A DNA stretch of 64,000 bases from Syntrophorhabdaceae bacterium (GCA_963666485.2 CAXXUO010000002.1:480001-544000), one strand, 5' to 3'; counted from the stretch's first letter, positions 20,225 to 31,233 are shown. Program-made: numbers and translations. The notes: generated by a model not told the origin, from the sequence alone.

Positions 20225-21286
20225 ATGAAACGCTCCGTCACATCCCTTCCCCTCCACACCGGCCGCGCCCCTGCATGGCTTTTCGAAAAGATGAAACGCC
20301 TGTGCGGCGCGTTGACAGAGATCATTATCATGGAGCACGGCTCAAAGGAACTGCTTGCCCGGCTCGCCGATCCTCTATGGTTCCAGGCCCTGGGGTGTGT
20401 TGTCGGCTTCGACTGGCACTCAAGCGGACTTACGACCACCCTGTGCGGTGCGTTAAAAGAGGGCCTCGCCACCCTTGGCGACGACATCCCGCTTGCTGTA
20501 TGCGGCGGGAAGGCAAAACGGGCCATTAAGACGCCGGATGACATCCGGTCGTACGGGGAAAAGTGGGGAATGGATGCATCGGGCATGGTAGAGATGAGCA
20601 GGATCTGCGCGAAAATAGATAATACGGCGATACAGGATGGCTACAACCTGTACCATCACACGTTCGTCTTTACTCCTGACGGCTCATGGGCCATTATCCA
20701 GCAGGGTATGAATGGAGAAAAGAAGGACGCACGCCGTTACCAGTGGCTCTCCCAGGAAAACCTCGACATACTGTCCGACCCGCACACCGGCATTACCTGC
20801 GATCGCACACAGGAGGTGCTCAATTTCGTGAGCGCCGGGAGTGCCGGTTCCCGTGACGCCATCGTTGATTTCAGTACCCGGACACCGGATGCAATGGCCA
20901 AAACCTGGCGCGATATCGCGCTCAGTATGCCGAAGCGTCACTATATAGCGCCGCAGGACGTCAATACAAACCGGCTGATCAAGGCCTTCACGACCATCCA
21001 CGAGGCAAACCCGCAGTCATTTCGTGATGTCATCGACATACGCGGGGTCGGCCCCCGTACCACGGGCGCGCTCGCCCTGATATCTGAACTCGTATACAGC
21101 GCACCGCCGAGCTTCAAAGACCCCGCACGTTTCAGCTTCGCCCACGGCGGAAAGGACGGCTACCCCTTTCCCGTTGACCGCCCCACATATGAAAACTCGA
21201 TAGACTTCCTGAAAACCTGCATTGATAAGGCCAAACTCGGTGACAGGGACAAGATAGAAGCTTTCAGAAGGATGAAAAATCTATGA
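20225..21286 (+). CDS. DUF763 family protein
   Basis: LPLHTGRAPAWLF, RLADPLWFQALGCV.GFDWHSSG.TT, K.DN.A.QDGY.LYHH, DPARFSFAHGGKDGYPFPVD. Confidence 0.9.
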   Translation: MKRSVTSLPLHTGRAPAWLFEKMKRLCGALTEIIIMEHGSKELLARLADPLWFQALGCVVGFDWHSSGLTTTLCGALKEGLATLGDDIPLAVCGGKAKRAIKTPDDIRSYGEKWGMDASGMVEMSRICAKIDNTAIQDGYNLYHHTFVFTPDGSWAIIQQGMNGEKKDARRYQWLSQENLDILSDPHTGITCDRTQEVLNFVSAGSAGSRDAIVDFSTRTPDAMAKTWRDIALSMPKRHYIAPQDVNTNRLIKAFTTIHEANPQSFRDVIDIRGVGPRTTGALALISELVYSAPPSFKDPARFSFAHGGKDGYPFPVDRPTYENSIDFLKTCIDKAKLGDRDKIEAFRRMKNL

Positions 21287-21293
21287 AAGATAT

Positions 21294-21357
21294 TTCAAGG
21301 TTCAACGTGTTTCTCATTCATTTTTTACGTGGAACGTGGAACCTGGAACGTGGAACC
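21294..21357. repeat. Heptamer repeats at a convergent junction (TTCAAGG / CGTGGAA x4)
   Basis: TTCAAGGTTCAACG, then CGTGGAA CGTGGAA CCTGGAA CGTGGAA at 21328-21355. Confidence 0.75.
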
Positions 21358-21362
21358 ATTTT

Positions 21363-22061
21363 TTAGTAATCCGGCTCCCCCGGCTTCGTAATGCGCCTGT
21401 AATCGTTGAGATCCAGCGCATGGTCCGTTCCGGGCTCAATCGTTGCATCTTTCGAATAGCCGTATTTTTCCCAGTAGCCTGTCCCGCCCTGTTCCCGGAG
21501 CTCTAACCTGACGATGCTCTTGACACTCTTGTACCCATACTTCGAAGGCATAAGAAGTCTCAGCGGCCCCCCGTATTCGGGTGGGAGGGGATGGCCGTTC
21601 ATATCGTACGCGAAGAGGACCCGGGGGTTCGCCAGTTCCTCGAGCGAGATATATTCATAATAGTCGTCGGCTGAATAGAAATACAGATGCCGCGCGCCCG
21701 GCCCCGGCTTCACGATGTCGAAGAGGGCCTTCGGCCTGAACCCTCCCCATTTCGCCTTGCTCGACCATGATTCGACGCACTTCATGCGTGACGCCTGGGT
21801 AACGGCCGGTATTTTTCTCAGCGAGGCAAGGCTGAAACTCTGCGGTTTTTCGCATAAACCGGTGACGGAGAGAGACCACTTTGCGGGGTCCACGGGCCGT
21901 ATGGGCTTTATGAAACGGATGTAAAAACCTTCCCTGTCCTCGTTGTCGAGCAGTTTTTGGAGCTCTTTCGGCTCTGCCGAGTGCGGGATCAGAAAAGAGA
22001 CGCTCAGGACACAGATAAATCTCATAACGTCGCGCCTGCTCATGTCTTTGAAAAAGTCCAT
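21363..22061 (-). CDS. Sulfite-oxidase/MsrP-family molybdopterin-dependent oxidoreductase
   Basis: Tat-like SRRD; W.L.V.GL, MKCVESWS, AYDMNG.PL...GGPLRL..P.KYGYKSVK, GYWEKYGY. Confidence 0.85.
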   Translation of the reverse strand: MDFFKDMSRRDVMRFICVLSVSFLIPHSAEPKELQKLLDNEDREGFYIRFIKPIRPVDPAKWSLSVTGLCEKPQSFSLASLRKIPAVTQASRMKCVESWSSKAKWGGFRPKALFDIVKPGPGARHLYFYSADDYYEYISLEELANPRVLFAYDMNGHPLPPEYGGPLRLLMPSKYGYKSVKSIVRLELREQGGTGYWEKYGYSKDATIEPGTDHALDLNDYRRITKPGEPDY

Positions 22062-22183
22062 AATATAAGTATAGTCACAAACTTCAAAAAAAGAATAAAA
22101 TTAACGCATTGCCCTGATTTAAAAAATACCTCAATATATGGTAATCTATGGCGGGTCCTGACAATTTTTTTTAAGGGGTTGGC

Positions 22184-23065
22184 ATGAAAAGAAGAAATTT
22201 CTTAAAACTTGCTCTATCCACGATCATAGCAAGTCAACTTCCGTCTACCGTATTCTCCGAGAGTCCGTCATCCACGGTCGCAGTTTCCGAAGGCACAGAC
22301 TATGCCGCCGTTACGCGCAAGGTCATCGCCGCATTGGGTGGAATGAAGGCGTTCGTCAAGCCGGGAAATACGGTTGTCGTCAAGCCGAATATGGGCTGGG
22401 ACAGAAAGCCTGAATACGCGGCGACAACCCATCCCGCCGTTATAAAAGCGATCGTCGAAGAATGCCTCGCGGCGGGGGCCAAAAAAGTGAAGGTTTTCGA
22501 CAACACCTGCAACGATGCCCGCCGCTGCTACGAGAACTGCGGGATCCCGGGGGCGTTGAAAGGCATGAAGAACGTCGACGTCAGGCTCGTCGAAAACGAC
22601 CGTTTCAAGAAGACCGCCCTGAAAGGAAAATTCCTGAAGGAGTGGGCGCTTTATGATGATTCTCTGACGGCGGACGTCATGATCAACGTACCGATCGCAA
22701 AGCACCACGGCCTGACCGGGTTGACCCTCGGGCTCAAGAACATGATGGGCATCATGGGAGACAGCCGCGGCTATATCCACCGCAGCATCGAAGACGCACT
22801 GTGTGATGTCAACAGCGTTGTCAAAAGCCATCTCGTCATCATCGATGCCACCCGTATCCTTTTGAACCATGGACCGCAAGGGGGCAATCTTAAGGACGTT
22901 AAGGTCCTCAACAAAGTGGTGGCGTCGCGGGACATCGTCGCGGCGGACGCCTATGCGACAACCTTGTTCGGCATGAAACCGGATGAGATCTCGACCACGG
23001 TTGCCGCCTACAAGCGCGGACTCGGTGAGATGAACCTCGGCAAGATAAAAATAATAAAGGCGTAA
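22184..23065 (+). CDS. DUF362-domain protein with Tat signal
   Basis: MKRRNFLK; VVVKPNMGWDR, TTHPAVI, INVPIAKHH...TLGLKNMMG, D.VAADAY. Confidence 0.88.
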   Translation: MKRRNFLKLALSTIIASQLPSTVFSESPSSTVAVSEGTDYAAVTRKVIAALGGMKAFVKPGNTVVVKPNMGWDRKPEYAATTHPAVIKAIVEECLAAGAKKVKVFDNTCNDARRCYENCGIPGALKGMKNVDVRLVENDRFKKTALKGKFLKEWALYDDSLTADVMINVPIAKHHGLTGLTLGLKNMMGIMGDSRGYIHRSIEDALCDVNSVVKSHLVIIDATRILLNHGPQGGNLKDVKVLNKVVASRDIVAADAYATTLFGMKPDEISTTVAAYKRGLGEMNLGKIKIIKA

Positions 23066-23066
23066 G

Positions 23067-23147
23067 GGGTTCAATGTTCCGGGTTCCGGGTTCAAAGAAT
23101 AAGAACACAAATGCCGGCGTGGAACGTGGAACGTGGAACGTGGAACG
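23067..23147. repeat. Inverted heptamer repeats GGTTC.. / CGTGGAA x4
   Basis: GGTTCAA TGTTCCG GGTTCCG GGTTCAA, then CGTGGAA x4 (23118-23145). Confidence 0.75.
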
Positions 23148-24663
23148 GTTCTTTACCCCGTCCCGCATCTCCCAATTATTCTTCCTCGCTCTGTTCCTGG
23201 TCCTCTTCGTCATGACGGACTATCGCGGCCATGATGAAATAAATGTCGGGGTCAACAGCTTCTTCAGAGCGAACCCGCTGGTCATGGTGAGTTATGCGCT
23301 GGCCGTAAAGTCTCTTTCATGGCTTCTTTTCCCTGCCTTGCTCATGGCCGTAGTGACCGTATTCCTGGGACGTTTTTTCTGCGGCTGGATCTGTCCGCTG
23401 GGAACGCTTCTCGACCTCGTTACCGTAAAGATCGCAAAATCGGGACCGGTACAGTTCCTACGGGGAAAACTGAAGCATTACCTCCTCCTGACGCTTCTCG
23501 TCATGGCACTCTTTTCGGTCAATGTGTCAGGCATCTTCGACCCGATCGCCCTTTTGGTCAGGGCTCTGACCTTTTTCTTCTATCCGATTATCGGCCTCGC
23601 AGCACGCTCAGGCTGGTCGGGGCTCTACACGCTTGTTGGCGACAACCGGGACAGCGTATTGTTTCTCCACGATTTCCTGCGTGCCTACATCCTGCCGTTC
23701 CGCGAAACGCTCTATCCTCTTGCCTTCCTGTCCGTCGCCATCATTCTCGTTATCTTCTTTCTCGAGCGGTTCGAGAAAAGGAACTGGTGCAAGAATATCT
23801 GCCCGCTGGGAACGTTGCTCGGATTACTTGGCCATTTTTCGATATTCAGGCGAATGCCGGGCAAACTCTGCAGCGATTGCGGGGATTGCCGGAAACATTG
23901 CCCCACCGCCTTTGACGAGGACGTGCTTCAATCGGGAAACTGCATACGCTGCATGAATTGCCGGACCGCCTGCACTTTCGGGCGGGTCAGTTTCCGCCTG
24001 AGATCGCCCCTGGCTTTACCGGCCGGAGCGCGCAGGAAAGAACCCGTTCTATCCCGGCGCATATTCCTGGGAAGCATAGCATCGGGCATCATACTGGCAA
24101 AGGGATTTTCATTCCGCAGTCCCGAATCCCAGAACCGCCTTTTGCGCCCGCCGGGGGTCACCGACGAAAACGCCTTTCTCGCGAAATGCGTCCGGTGCGG
24201 GGAATGCATGAAGGTGTGCCTGCGTTCGGCCCTCTACCCGGACCTTTCGCTCGGCGGCATCACGGGCATTTTCATGCCGGTCGTCATTCCGCGTCTCGGA
24301 TACTGCGAGTATAATTGCACCCTCTGCGGCCAGGTCTGTCCCACCGGCGCGATCCCCCGTCTCCCGCCGGAGGAAAAGAAAAAGGCGGTAATAGGCAGCG
24401 CCGTTATCGACAAGAACATCTGCCTCCCCTATGCAAAAAAGCTCAGCTGCCTGGTCTGCGAGGAGCACTGCCCGGTGCCGGACAAAGCGATCCGCTTCGA
24501 AAAGATAACGGACATAAATTATGAAGGCAAAAAGGTTGCCCTGAAAAGGCCGTATATTATTGAAGACCTGTGTACCGGCTGCGGAATCTGCGAAAACAAA
24601 TGCCCCCTCGAAGGGCGCTCGGCTATCGAGGTCTTTTCCCGGAAAAACAAGCGGTCGACCTAG
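23140..24663 (+). CDS. Membrane polyferredoxin (NapH-like TM part fused to a MauM/NapG-like 4Fe-4S domain)
   Basis: GRFFCGWICPLG, WCKNICPLG, several CxxCxxCxxxCP motifs, LRPPG..E..F..KC.RCG.C; start uncertain (GTG 23140 or ATG 23074). Confidence 0.85.
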   Translation: MERFFTPSRISQLFFLALFLVLFVMTDYRGHDEINVGVNSFFRANPLVMVSYALAVKSLSWLLFPALLMAVVTVFLGRFFCGWICPLGTLLDLVTVKIAKSGPVQFLRGKLKHYLLLTLLVMALFSVNVSGIFDPIALLVRALTFFFYPIIGLAARSGWSGLYTLVGDNRDSVLFLHDFLRAYILPFRETLYPLAFLSVAIILVIFFLERFEKRNWCKNICPLGTLLGLLGHFSIFRRMPGKLCSDCGDCRKHCPTAFDEDVLQSGNCIRCMNCRTACTFGRVSFRLRSPLALPAGARRKEPVLSRRIFLGSIASGIILAKGFSFRSPESQNRLLRPPGVTDENAFLAKCVRCGECMKVCLRSALYPDLSLGGITGIFMPVVIPRLGYCEYNCTLCGQVCPTGAIPRLPPEEKKKAVIGSAVIDKNICLPYAKKLSCLVCEEHCPVPDKAIRFEKITDINYEGKKVALKRPYIIEDLCTGCGICENKCPLEGRSAIEVFSRKNKRST

Positions 24664-26972
24664 TCGCAGTCCGGCGAAATACGCTGCGGGACCCCGTATA
24701 AAACTCGTTCTATCGCATCGCTCAATTCAGTCATGCCGTACGGTTTTGCGATCACCCCGGCAAAGCCGTACTCACCGAACATTGCCATGACGGGATCATT
24801 GGAATACCCGCTTGATACTATCGCTTTCACGGCAGGTTCGATCTCAAGCAGCCGCAGTATGGTCTCCTTGCCTCCCATACCCCCGGGTATCGTAATGTCA
24901 AGGATGACGATATCGAACGGCCTGCCGGAATTGCGCGCATCGGCATATTTTTCTACTGCCTCGTTGCCGTCCGACGCTGTCTCCACCTCACATCCGAGGC
25001 TTTCGAGCATATCCCGGGTTATCTGAAGAATCATGTCCTCATCATCCATATGAAGGACCTTCGTCCTTACCGCCGGCACATCGTGTTCCCTGGCGGGCCG
25101 GTCCGGTCCCGGCTGTTCCCGCGATGCCTTCAGAAATATAGAGAAGGTTGTCCCGGAACCCGGTTTCGATTCGACGGTAATGTGGCCGTCATGGTTCTTG
25201 ATTATCGAATAGGATGTCGCGAGCCCGAGACCGCTGCCCTTTTGCTTTGTCGTAAAGTAGGGATCAAATATTTTCCCGGTATGTTCCGGGGCTATGCCGG
25301 TCCCGTTGTCCCGCACAGATATCCTGACATAATTGCCGGGGGCAAGGAATATCCCGTGCTCCATTGTCCCGTTCGCGATACTCACATTGCCGGCTTTTAT
25401 CGTGACCACGCCGCCGCCCGGCATCGCCTGCTGGGAGTTCATGACGAGATTGTTGATCACCTGGCCGATCTGCCCTTCATCGATATCGACCATGAAAAGA
25501 TTCGGGGCAAAGGAAAACTGGCATTTCACGCCCGACCCGGTGAGCGCGAACCTTGCCGATTCCCGCAACACCTTTTGAATGCCCATCGTCTTTTTGACCG
25601 GCGCGCCGCCGCGGGAAAACGTCAGGAGCTGGTACGTAAGGTCCTTGGCCCTCATGATCGCCTGCTCGGCGTCCACAAGACGTTTCAACAACTTTTCATC
25701 GCCCGGGTTAACCGTCAGCCGGGCAAGGGAGATATTGCCGAGGATCGCCGCCAGGATATTATTGAAATCGTGGGCAATCCCTCCTGCGAGGATGCCAACC
25801 GATTCAAGCTTGTTCATCTTTTGCAATTCTTCGTCTAATTTCTTTTTTTGCGTGACATCGCGGAAAACAAGGACAACCCCTGTTATCCTCCCCTTCCTGT
25901 CCCGTATGGGCGCCCCGCTGTCTGCAATTATCAGTTCCCGGCCTGTCCTCGATACCAGGACCGTGTGGTCGCTGAATTCGGTCACCTCGCCCAGGCGCAG
26001 GACTTTTTCCACCGGATTCTCACAGGGGATACGGGTCTGTTCATCGACAATACAAAATATCTCTCCCAGGTCTTTACCGATAGCGTCACTCTGGGCCCAT
26101 CCCGTCAATTGCTCGGCGACGGCGTTCATGAGGATTATCTTTCCTGTCCGGTCGGCAGCTATCACGCCGTCCCCGATCGAACGCAGCGTAACGGTAAGAC
26201 GCTCAGTTTCATTGGCAAGCGCCTCCTCGGCTGCCCGGCGAAGCGTGATATCTTCACACGTGACGATGTAATCGCCGTTCTTATGCTTCACCGTAATGAA
26301 ATCTATAAATTTTACCGACCCGTCTTTGCACGTCACAGGGAAGCTCTTCGTCATTTTTTCACCGGCGGGCGTTGCCTCGTCAACTGTCTTCCAGGCCCTG
26401 ACAGCACTATCCCTCAACCGTCGATCGGGATATGCCCTGTTGAGCCAGGCCGCCCGGTCCGGTATATCGGCCAGTGTATATCCAAACATTTCCGTAAATT
26501 TCGGGTTTATATAAAGATACCTGCCCTTCTCATCGTACATCGCCATACCGAACGGGGCATTCTCGATAAGGATCTGGAACCTCTGGCGCTCTGCGCTCAG
26601 TTTTTCTTCAGCCAGTTCTTTTTCGGAGATGTCCCGTACAAGGCAAAATAGAAGGCGTTCTGTATCAAATGAAACCGGGCTGGCGGTGATCTCGACAGGG
26701 AATGTCGTACCGTCCCTCGCCATATGATGCGACCTGAACGTACGCGGTCCAGCCCTGAAAGCCTCTTGAATTACGGGCTTCAATCGGCCTGTTCTGAAAT
26801 CCGGGTCAATGTCCCCCACAGACAGCTCCACGAATTCCTCTTTAGAATATCCGAGCCTTCTGCACGCCGACTCGTTTGCAAAGACGAAATGACCGTCGGC
26901 CTTCACCCAGAACATCGAATCGGAGGCATGCTCCACTGAATAGCGAAAGATCAGCATTTCCCGGTCGGTCAT
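24660..26972 (-). CDS. Multi-PAS hybrid sensor histidine kinase/response regulator
   Basis: Three PAS domains, LAGGIAHDFNN H-box, N/G1/F/G2 boxes (DNGTGI, FDPYFTTK, GSGLGL), C-terminal receiver (MDDE, ILDITIPG). Confidence 0.93.
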   Translation of the reverse strand: MTDREMLIFRYSVEHASDSMFWVKADGHFVFANESACRRLGYSKEEFVELSVGDIDPDFRTGRLKPVIQEAFRAGPRTFRSHHMARDGTTFPVEITASPVSFDTERLLFCLVRDISEKELAEEKLSAERQRFQILIENAPFGMAMYDEKGRYLYINPKFTEMFGYTLADIPDRAAWLNRAYPDRRLRDSAVRAWKTVDEATPAGEKMTKSFPVTCKDGSVKFIDFITVKHKNGDYIVTCEDITLRRAAEEALANETERLTVTLRSIGDGVIAADRTGKIILMNAVAEQLTGWAQSDAIGKDLGEIFCIVDEQTRIPCENPVEKVLRLGEVTEFSDHTVLVSRTGRELIIADSGAPIRDRKGRITGVVLVFRDVTQKKKLDEELQKMNKLESVGILAGGIAHDFNNILAAILGNISLARLTVNPGDEKLLKRLVDAEQAIMRAKDLTYQLLTFSRGGAPVKKTMGIQKVLRESARFALTGSGVKCQFSFAPNLFMVDIDEGQIGQVINNLVMNSQQAMPGGGVVTIKAGNVSIANGTMEHGIFLAPGNYVRISVRDNGTGIAPEHTGKIFDPYFTTKQKGSGLGLATSYSIIKNHDGHITVESKPGSGTTFSIFLKASREQPGPDRPAREHDVPAVRTKVLHMDDEDMILQITRDMLESLGCEVETASDGNEAVEKYADARNSGRPFDIVILDITIPGGMGGKETILRLLEIEPAVKAIVSSGYSNDPVMAMFGEYGFAGVIAKPYGMTELSDAIERVLYGVPQRISPDCD

Positions 26973-27111
26973 ACTAAATCCTACATTATTACAAGGGGGT
27001 GTTGTAAGAAAAATTTTCAAAAAAGAGTCAACATTTTTGGGCCGTTGGCTGTCTTGATTAAAACGTGCAAATGTTTATAATATACACGACAATTCGTTTG
27101 TCGGGGGTTAT

Positions 27112-27960
27112 ATGAATACATTTAAGACCTTTTTTCTCATGGTTGTCCTGACTGTTATCCTTGTCGGACTCGGCGGAGTTATAGGGGGCAGGTCGGGGGC
27201 GATGATCGCCTTCGCGGTCGCCTTTGTCATGAACTTCGTCAGTTACTGGTTCTGCGACAAGATCGTTTTGAAAATGTACGGGGCACGGGAGGTTACTGAA
27301 AGAGAAGCGCCTCAGTTGTACAACTCGGTCGCGTCCCTCGCCGGACGTGACGGGCTTCCCATGCCGCGGGTGTACATTATCGAGGACGACAGCCCGAATG
27401 CGTTCGCAACAGGAAGGAACCCGGAGCACAGCGTCGTCGCGGTGACGACGGGCATCCTGCGCATACTTACCCGGGAAGAACTCGACGGGGTGCTGGCGCA
27501 CGAACTCTCCCACGTCAAGCACCGTGACATCCTCATACAGAGCGTGGCCGCAACGTTGGCCGGGGCAATAACCATGATAGCCAACTGGGCCCGATTTGCC
27601 GCATTCTTCGGCGGCGGGCGCGATGACGATGAGGGAGGCAATATATTCACGGTAATCATCTTTTCGGTTATCGCGGCATTCGCCGCAATGCTCATCCAGC
27701 TTGCCATATCACGTTCGCGGGAATACCTTGCAGATGACGGAGGGGCACATCTCTGCGGGAATCCCCTGTACCTCGCCGGTGCCCTGCGCAAATTGACGGC
27801 CGGCGTCGCACGTCATCCCATGAACGACGCCAATCCTTCAACCGCTCCGCTTTTTATCGTGAACCCGTTCAATGCCGGCGGTGTGCTGGCGTTGTTCAGC
27901 ACACACCCGCCCATCGAGGAGAGGATCAAAAGGCTGGAGGATATGGCCTATCGACGCTGA
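27112..27960 (+). CDS. htpX: Zinc metalloprotease HtpX
   Basis: [35 protein letters not shown]. Confidence 0.96.
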   Translation: MNTFKTFFLMVVLTVILVGLGGVIGGRSGAMIAFAVAFVMNFVSYWFCDKIVLKMYGAREVTEREAPQLYNSVASLAGRDGLPMPRVYIIEDDSPNAFATGRNPEHSVVAVTTGILRILTREELDGVLAHELSHVKHRDILIQSVAATLAGAITMIANWARFAAFFGGGRDDDEGGNIFTVIIFSVIAAFAAMLIQLAISRSREYLADDGGAHLCGNPLYLAGALRKLTAGVARHPMNDANPSTAPLFIVNPFNAGGVLALFSTHPPIEERIKRLEDMAYRR

Positions 27961-29215
27961 TTTCGGCAATCTCCTGCGGGCTGTTTCTATCCGGATCATC
28001 CGTGACGTTGAATCCGGCCGATTCCTTGACGAATCCATTGACAGCATCTTTTCCCGGTCAGACTTAAGCGGCCCGCAGCGGGCCCTCATCTACGAGATAG
28101 CCTCCGGTGTTGTCCGCTGGCGGGGGTATCTCGACCTCGTTATCGCGCGCTATGCCGCAAAACCGATCCAGAAAGACGTCCGGTACCTCCTCTGGTCCGC
28201 GATCTACCAGGCGGGCTTTATGAAAAAAGCTCACTATCATGTTGTGAAGGAATCCGTCGAGTATGCAAAAAAGGAGCACGGCAAGCCGGTGGCCGGTTTT
28301 GTGAACGCGATGTTGAGAAAATTTGTCAACGACGAGGAGCTGAAGGCTATGCCCGAAGCGGACAAGGTCCGCGCAAGTTTTCCCGGCTGGCTGCGCGAAA
28401 GATGGTCAAGTCGCCTTGGTGGTCGTGAGGCCGACGAGCTTCTTTCTGAATTGATGCGTGAACCGCGGTTTGCCCTCCGGGTGGATACGTCCCGCATCTC
28501 CCGGGAAGAGGCTGCAGAACGGCTTTCCAATGAGGGGGTCGCCACGATTCCCGGGCGTTTTGCGCAATCCGCACTGATAGTCGACCGGATGCTGCCCGTA
28601 TTCGCAACATCCCTCTTCCGCGAAGGGCTCGTGAATGTTCAGGGTGAGGCGTCCCAACTGGCGGGTATCGCGGTTCGGGAGGCGGCCGGGATGCGGGTCC
28701 TCGATGCATGTTCCGGGTCCGGTACCAAGACACGCCAGGTAGCGCAGTTATGTCCCCATTCTTCAGTCTATTCAATGGACATTGATCTGAAACGCTTGAG
28801 GCTATCCGCCCTTGACGGTACCGTTCTCTGCGGGGATTCACTCAATGCCCCTTTCAGAAAAAAGAGCTTCGATACCATCCTTGTCGATGCCCCCTGCTCG
28901 TCCCTGGGCATTATCCGCAAGCACCCGGAGATAAAATGGAGGCGGACGCAGGGAGATATCCGGAAATTCGCGGAACTCCAGCTTGCAATGCTCACATCGC
29001 TCTGGGACCTTTTGCCCGAAGGTGGCAGAATTATCTACAGCGTCTGCTCCTTTGAGCCCGAGGAAACCCTCGATGTCATTCACAACCTTGCAAAAGAAAA
29101 GAAGTTTGCACTTGAAAATCCTCTCCCGTTCCTGTTTAATAAGGATTATTTCATCTCGCAGCCCCACGAGACAGGTATGGACGGTTTCTTTATAGCGCGA
29201 TTAAGAAAGCTATGA
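27872..29215 (+). CDS. rsmB: 16S rRNA m5C967 methyltransferase RsmB/Sun (start uncertain, possibly about 27950-27974)
   Basis: NusB-like N-domain (GFVNAMLR), [47 protein letters not shown]. Confidence 0.88.
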   Translation: MPAVCWRCSAHTRPSRRGSKGWRIWPIDADFGNLLRAVSIRIIRDVESGRFLDESIDSIFSRSDLSGPQRALIYEIASGVVRWRGYLDLVIARYAAKPIQKDVRYLLWSAIYQAGFMKKAHYHVVKESVEYAKKEHGKPVAGFVNAMLRKFVNDEELKAMPEADKVRASFPGWLRERWSSRLGGREADELLSELMREPRFALRVDTSRISREEAAERLSNEGVATIPGRFAQSALIVDRMLPVFATSLFREGLVNVQGEASQLAGIAVREAAGMRVLDACSGSGTKTRQVAQLCPHSSVYSMDIDLKRLRLSALDGTVLCGDSLNAPFRKKSFDTILVDAPCSSLGIIRKHPEIKWRRTQGDIRKFAELQLAMLTSLWDLLPEGGRIIYSVCSFEPEETLDVIHNLAKEKKFALENPLPFLFNKDYFISQPHETGMDGFFIARLRKL

Positions 29216-29901
29216 AGCTCATAAAGATAATACTCTGTATTATAGCGCCCGTTATCGTCTTCGGCCTGTCGACGTACCTGACGATCAGCCTTACCCTGAA
29301 GTTCCAGCAGACAACGATCTGCCCCGATGTACGGGGCAAGACGGTTGAGGACGCCCGGGACATGATGAGGAAAAAGGGGCTCAACCTCGTCGTTCTCAGG
29401 TATGAACGGCGCAATGACGTGCCCTACAATCACATCACCGTTCAGAAACCGGATGCGAACATATCGACCAAGAAAGGGCGCGTCGTCTATGTTATCGTGT
29501 CGGAAGGCCCGGAACTGATGAAGACCCCGGCTTTCGTCGGGCTCACCATCGAGGAGGCCCAGAGAGCTTTCAGCGAAAAACACCTTGTTCTCGACAAAAC
29601 TATTATGGTCCCGGGCTCAAAGGCCGGCAGGGTCATTGCGCAACTTCCGGCGCAGGGAAGCGACATCCTCGAATACGGCAAGGTCACGCTTTTTGTCGGC
29701 ACGGAACCGCGGTCATACTATCTCATGACGGACAAAAGGGTCAATTACAACGAGCTTGCCGACGAACTGGAATCAAAGGGTATCAAATATAAGATAAATT
29801 ACGCGAGAAGCGAAAATTCCGGGACGCGGGGCATAGAGTACTCGATACCGCCCCGGACGCTGTTCGCCTCGACCGAAGAGATCATTATCAACATCTATTG
29901 A
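29212..29901 (+). CDS. PASTA-domain membrane protein
   Basis: N-terminal TM; PDVRGKTVEDA, Q.P, V.V.VS.GP, P.FVGLT.EEA. Confidence 0.85.
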   Translation: MKLIKIILCIIAPVIVFGLSTYLTISLTLKFQQTTICPDVRGKTVEDARDMMRKKGLNLVVLRYERRNDVPYNHITVQKPDANISTKKGRVVYVIVSEGPELMKTPAFVGLTIEEAQRAFSEKHLVLDKTIMVPGSKAGRVIAQLPAQGSDILEYGKVTLFVGTEPRSYYLMTDKRVNYNELADELESKGIKYKINYARSENSGTRGIEYSIPPRTLFASTEEIIINIY

Positions 29902-29917
29902 CCCGGAGGGAGGCTTT

Positions 29918-30580
29918 ATGAAGGATGTATTGATCGCACCGTCCATATTATCCTGCGATTTCCTGCGCCTCGGACAGGAAATACGGGACGTCGAGGAGGC
30001 CGGGGCGGACTGGATCCATGTCGACGTCATGGATGGCCATTTCGTGCCCAATATTACGATCGGGCCTTTGATGGTAGAAGCCCTCCGCAGGATAAACACC
30101 AAGCCGCTGGATGTCCACCTCATGATCGAAAATCCTGCCGATTACGTCGAGGCATTTGCCAAAGCGGGCTCCGATATCATCACGATCCATGCCGAGGCGG
30201 ACGATCATCTCTACCGGACCCTGGACATGATCAAAGAGTCGGGGGTCAGGGCCGGGATATCGTACAATCCGGCCACCCCCTTGACCGGCCTGAAACACAT
30301 CATCCACATCGTGGACCTGGTGCTTATCATGACGGTCAACCCGGGGTTTGGCGGCCAGAAATACATTCCGGCGATGGCCCCGAAGATCACAGAAGCGCGC
30401 AAGATCATCGACAAGGCGAGCCGTTACATCGATCTCGAGGTCGATGGCGGCATCAAGGCGTCAAATGCGGCGGAGGTCGTTAAAGCAGGGGGAAACGTCC
30501 TTGTCATGGGGACCGAGATATTCCACAGCGAAGACTATCGCAACAAGATCGACGAGGTACGCCTCAGGATCGGTTATTGA
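29918..30580 (+). CDS. rpe: Ribulose-phosphate 3-epimerase
   Basis: IAPSILS.DF, HVDVMDGHFVPNIT, DVHLMI, MTVNPGFGGQ, EVDGG. Confidence 0.98.
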   Translation: MKDVLIAPSILSCDFLRLGQEIRDVEEAGADWIHVDVMDGHFVPNITIGPLMVEALRRINTKPLDVHLMIENPADYVEAFAKAGSDIITIHAEADDHLYRTLDMIKESGVRAGISYNPATPLTGLKHIIHIVDLVLIMTVNPGFGGQKYIPAMAPKITEARKIIDKASRYIDLEVDGGIKASNAAEVVKAGGNVLVMGTEIFHSEDYRNKIDEVRLRIGY

Positions 30581-30583
30581 TGT

Positions 30584-31231
30584 ATGGACCTCAGGCGGCA
30601 AAAAACATATAAAAGCGTCTTTGACGCCGCAAAAGATGCACTGATCAAGAGCGCGAATATCCCGGAGAAATTATTCCGCGCGGGCCTGCGTTTCGACGAA
30701 CGCGGAAAAGATATCCGGGTGTTTGTCCCTTTCTTCAATGAAACGATCACCCTTACCCTGCCCTCGGGAACCTTTGCCGGTGAGGCCGGCGCCAATGTCA
30801 CGCTTGTCACCCGCATCATAATCCTTCATTATATCAACAGTGCGTCTGGCATCCCTTTCGCCGGCGAGAAAATAGCGTATGGCGACATACCCGCCTGCAT
30901 GCACTATGATCCCATTTTTGAAAGAAGGGTCCTTAAGCCCCTTGCCAGGGCCTTCGGGTATGATAAATATTCATTTAAGGAGGCGGGCAGCCTCATGGGG
31001 GGGCGTGAGGAAGAGTTCGGAGATGCGTCCTTCACCCTGTTCGCTTTTCCCAAGGTCCCCGTCACATTCGTCCTGTGGGAAGGTGACGAGGAGTTCCCTC
31101 CGCAGGCGAAGGCGCTTTTCGACCCGTCGATCACCGGGTACCTACCCCTTGAGGACATCGTGGTGATCGCGAAACTTGCGGCAGGAAGGGTCCTGAAAAC
31201 GGCAATGAAACAATTTCGTGACGAGGATTGA
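30584..31231 (+). CDS. DUF3786 family protein
   Basis: IIILHY, GDASF...FPKVP...LWEGDEEFP.....LFD......L..ED. Confidence 0.8.
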   Translation: MDLRRQKTYKSVFDAAKDALIKSANIPEKLFRAGLRFDERGKDIRVFVPFFNETITLTLPSGTFAGEAGANVTLVTRIIILHYINSASGIPFAGEKIAYGDIPACMHYDPIFERRVLKPLARAFGYDKYSFKEAGSLMGGREEEFGDASFTLFAFPKVPVTFVLWEGDEEFPPQAKALFDPSITGYLPLEDIVVIAKLAAGRVLKTAMKQFRDED

Positions 31232-31233
31232 TA

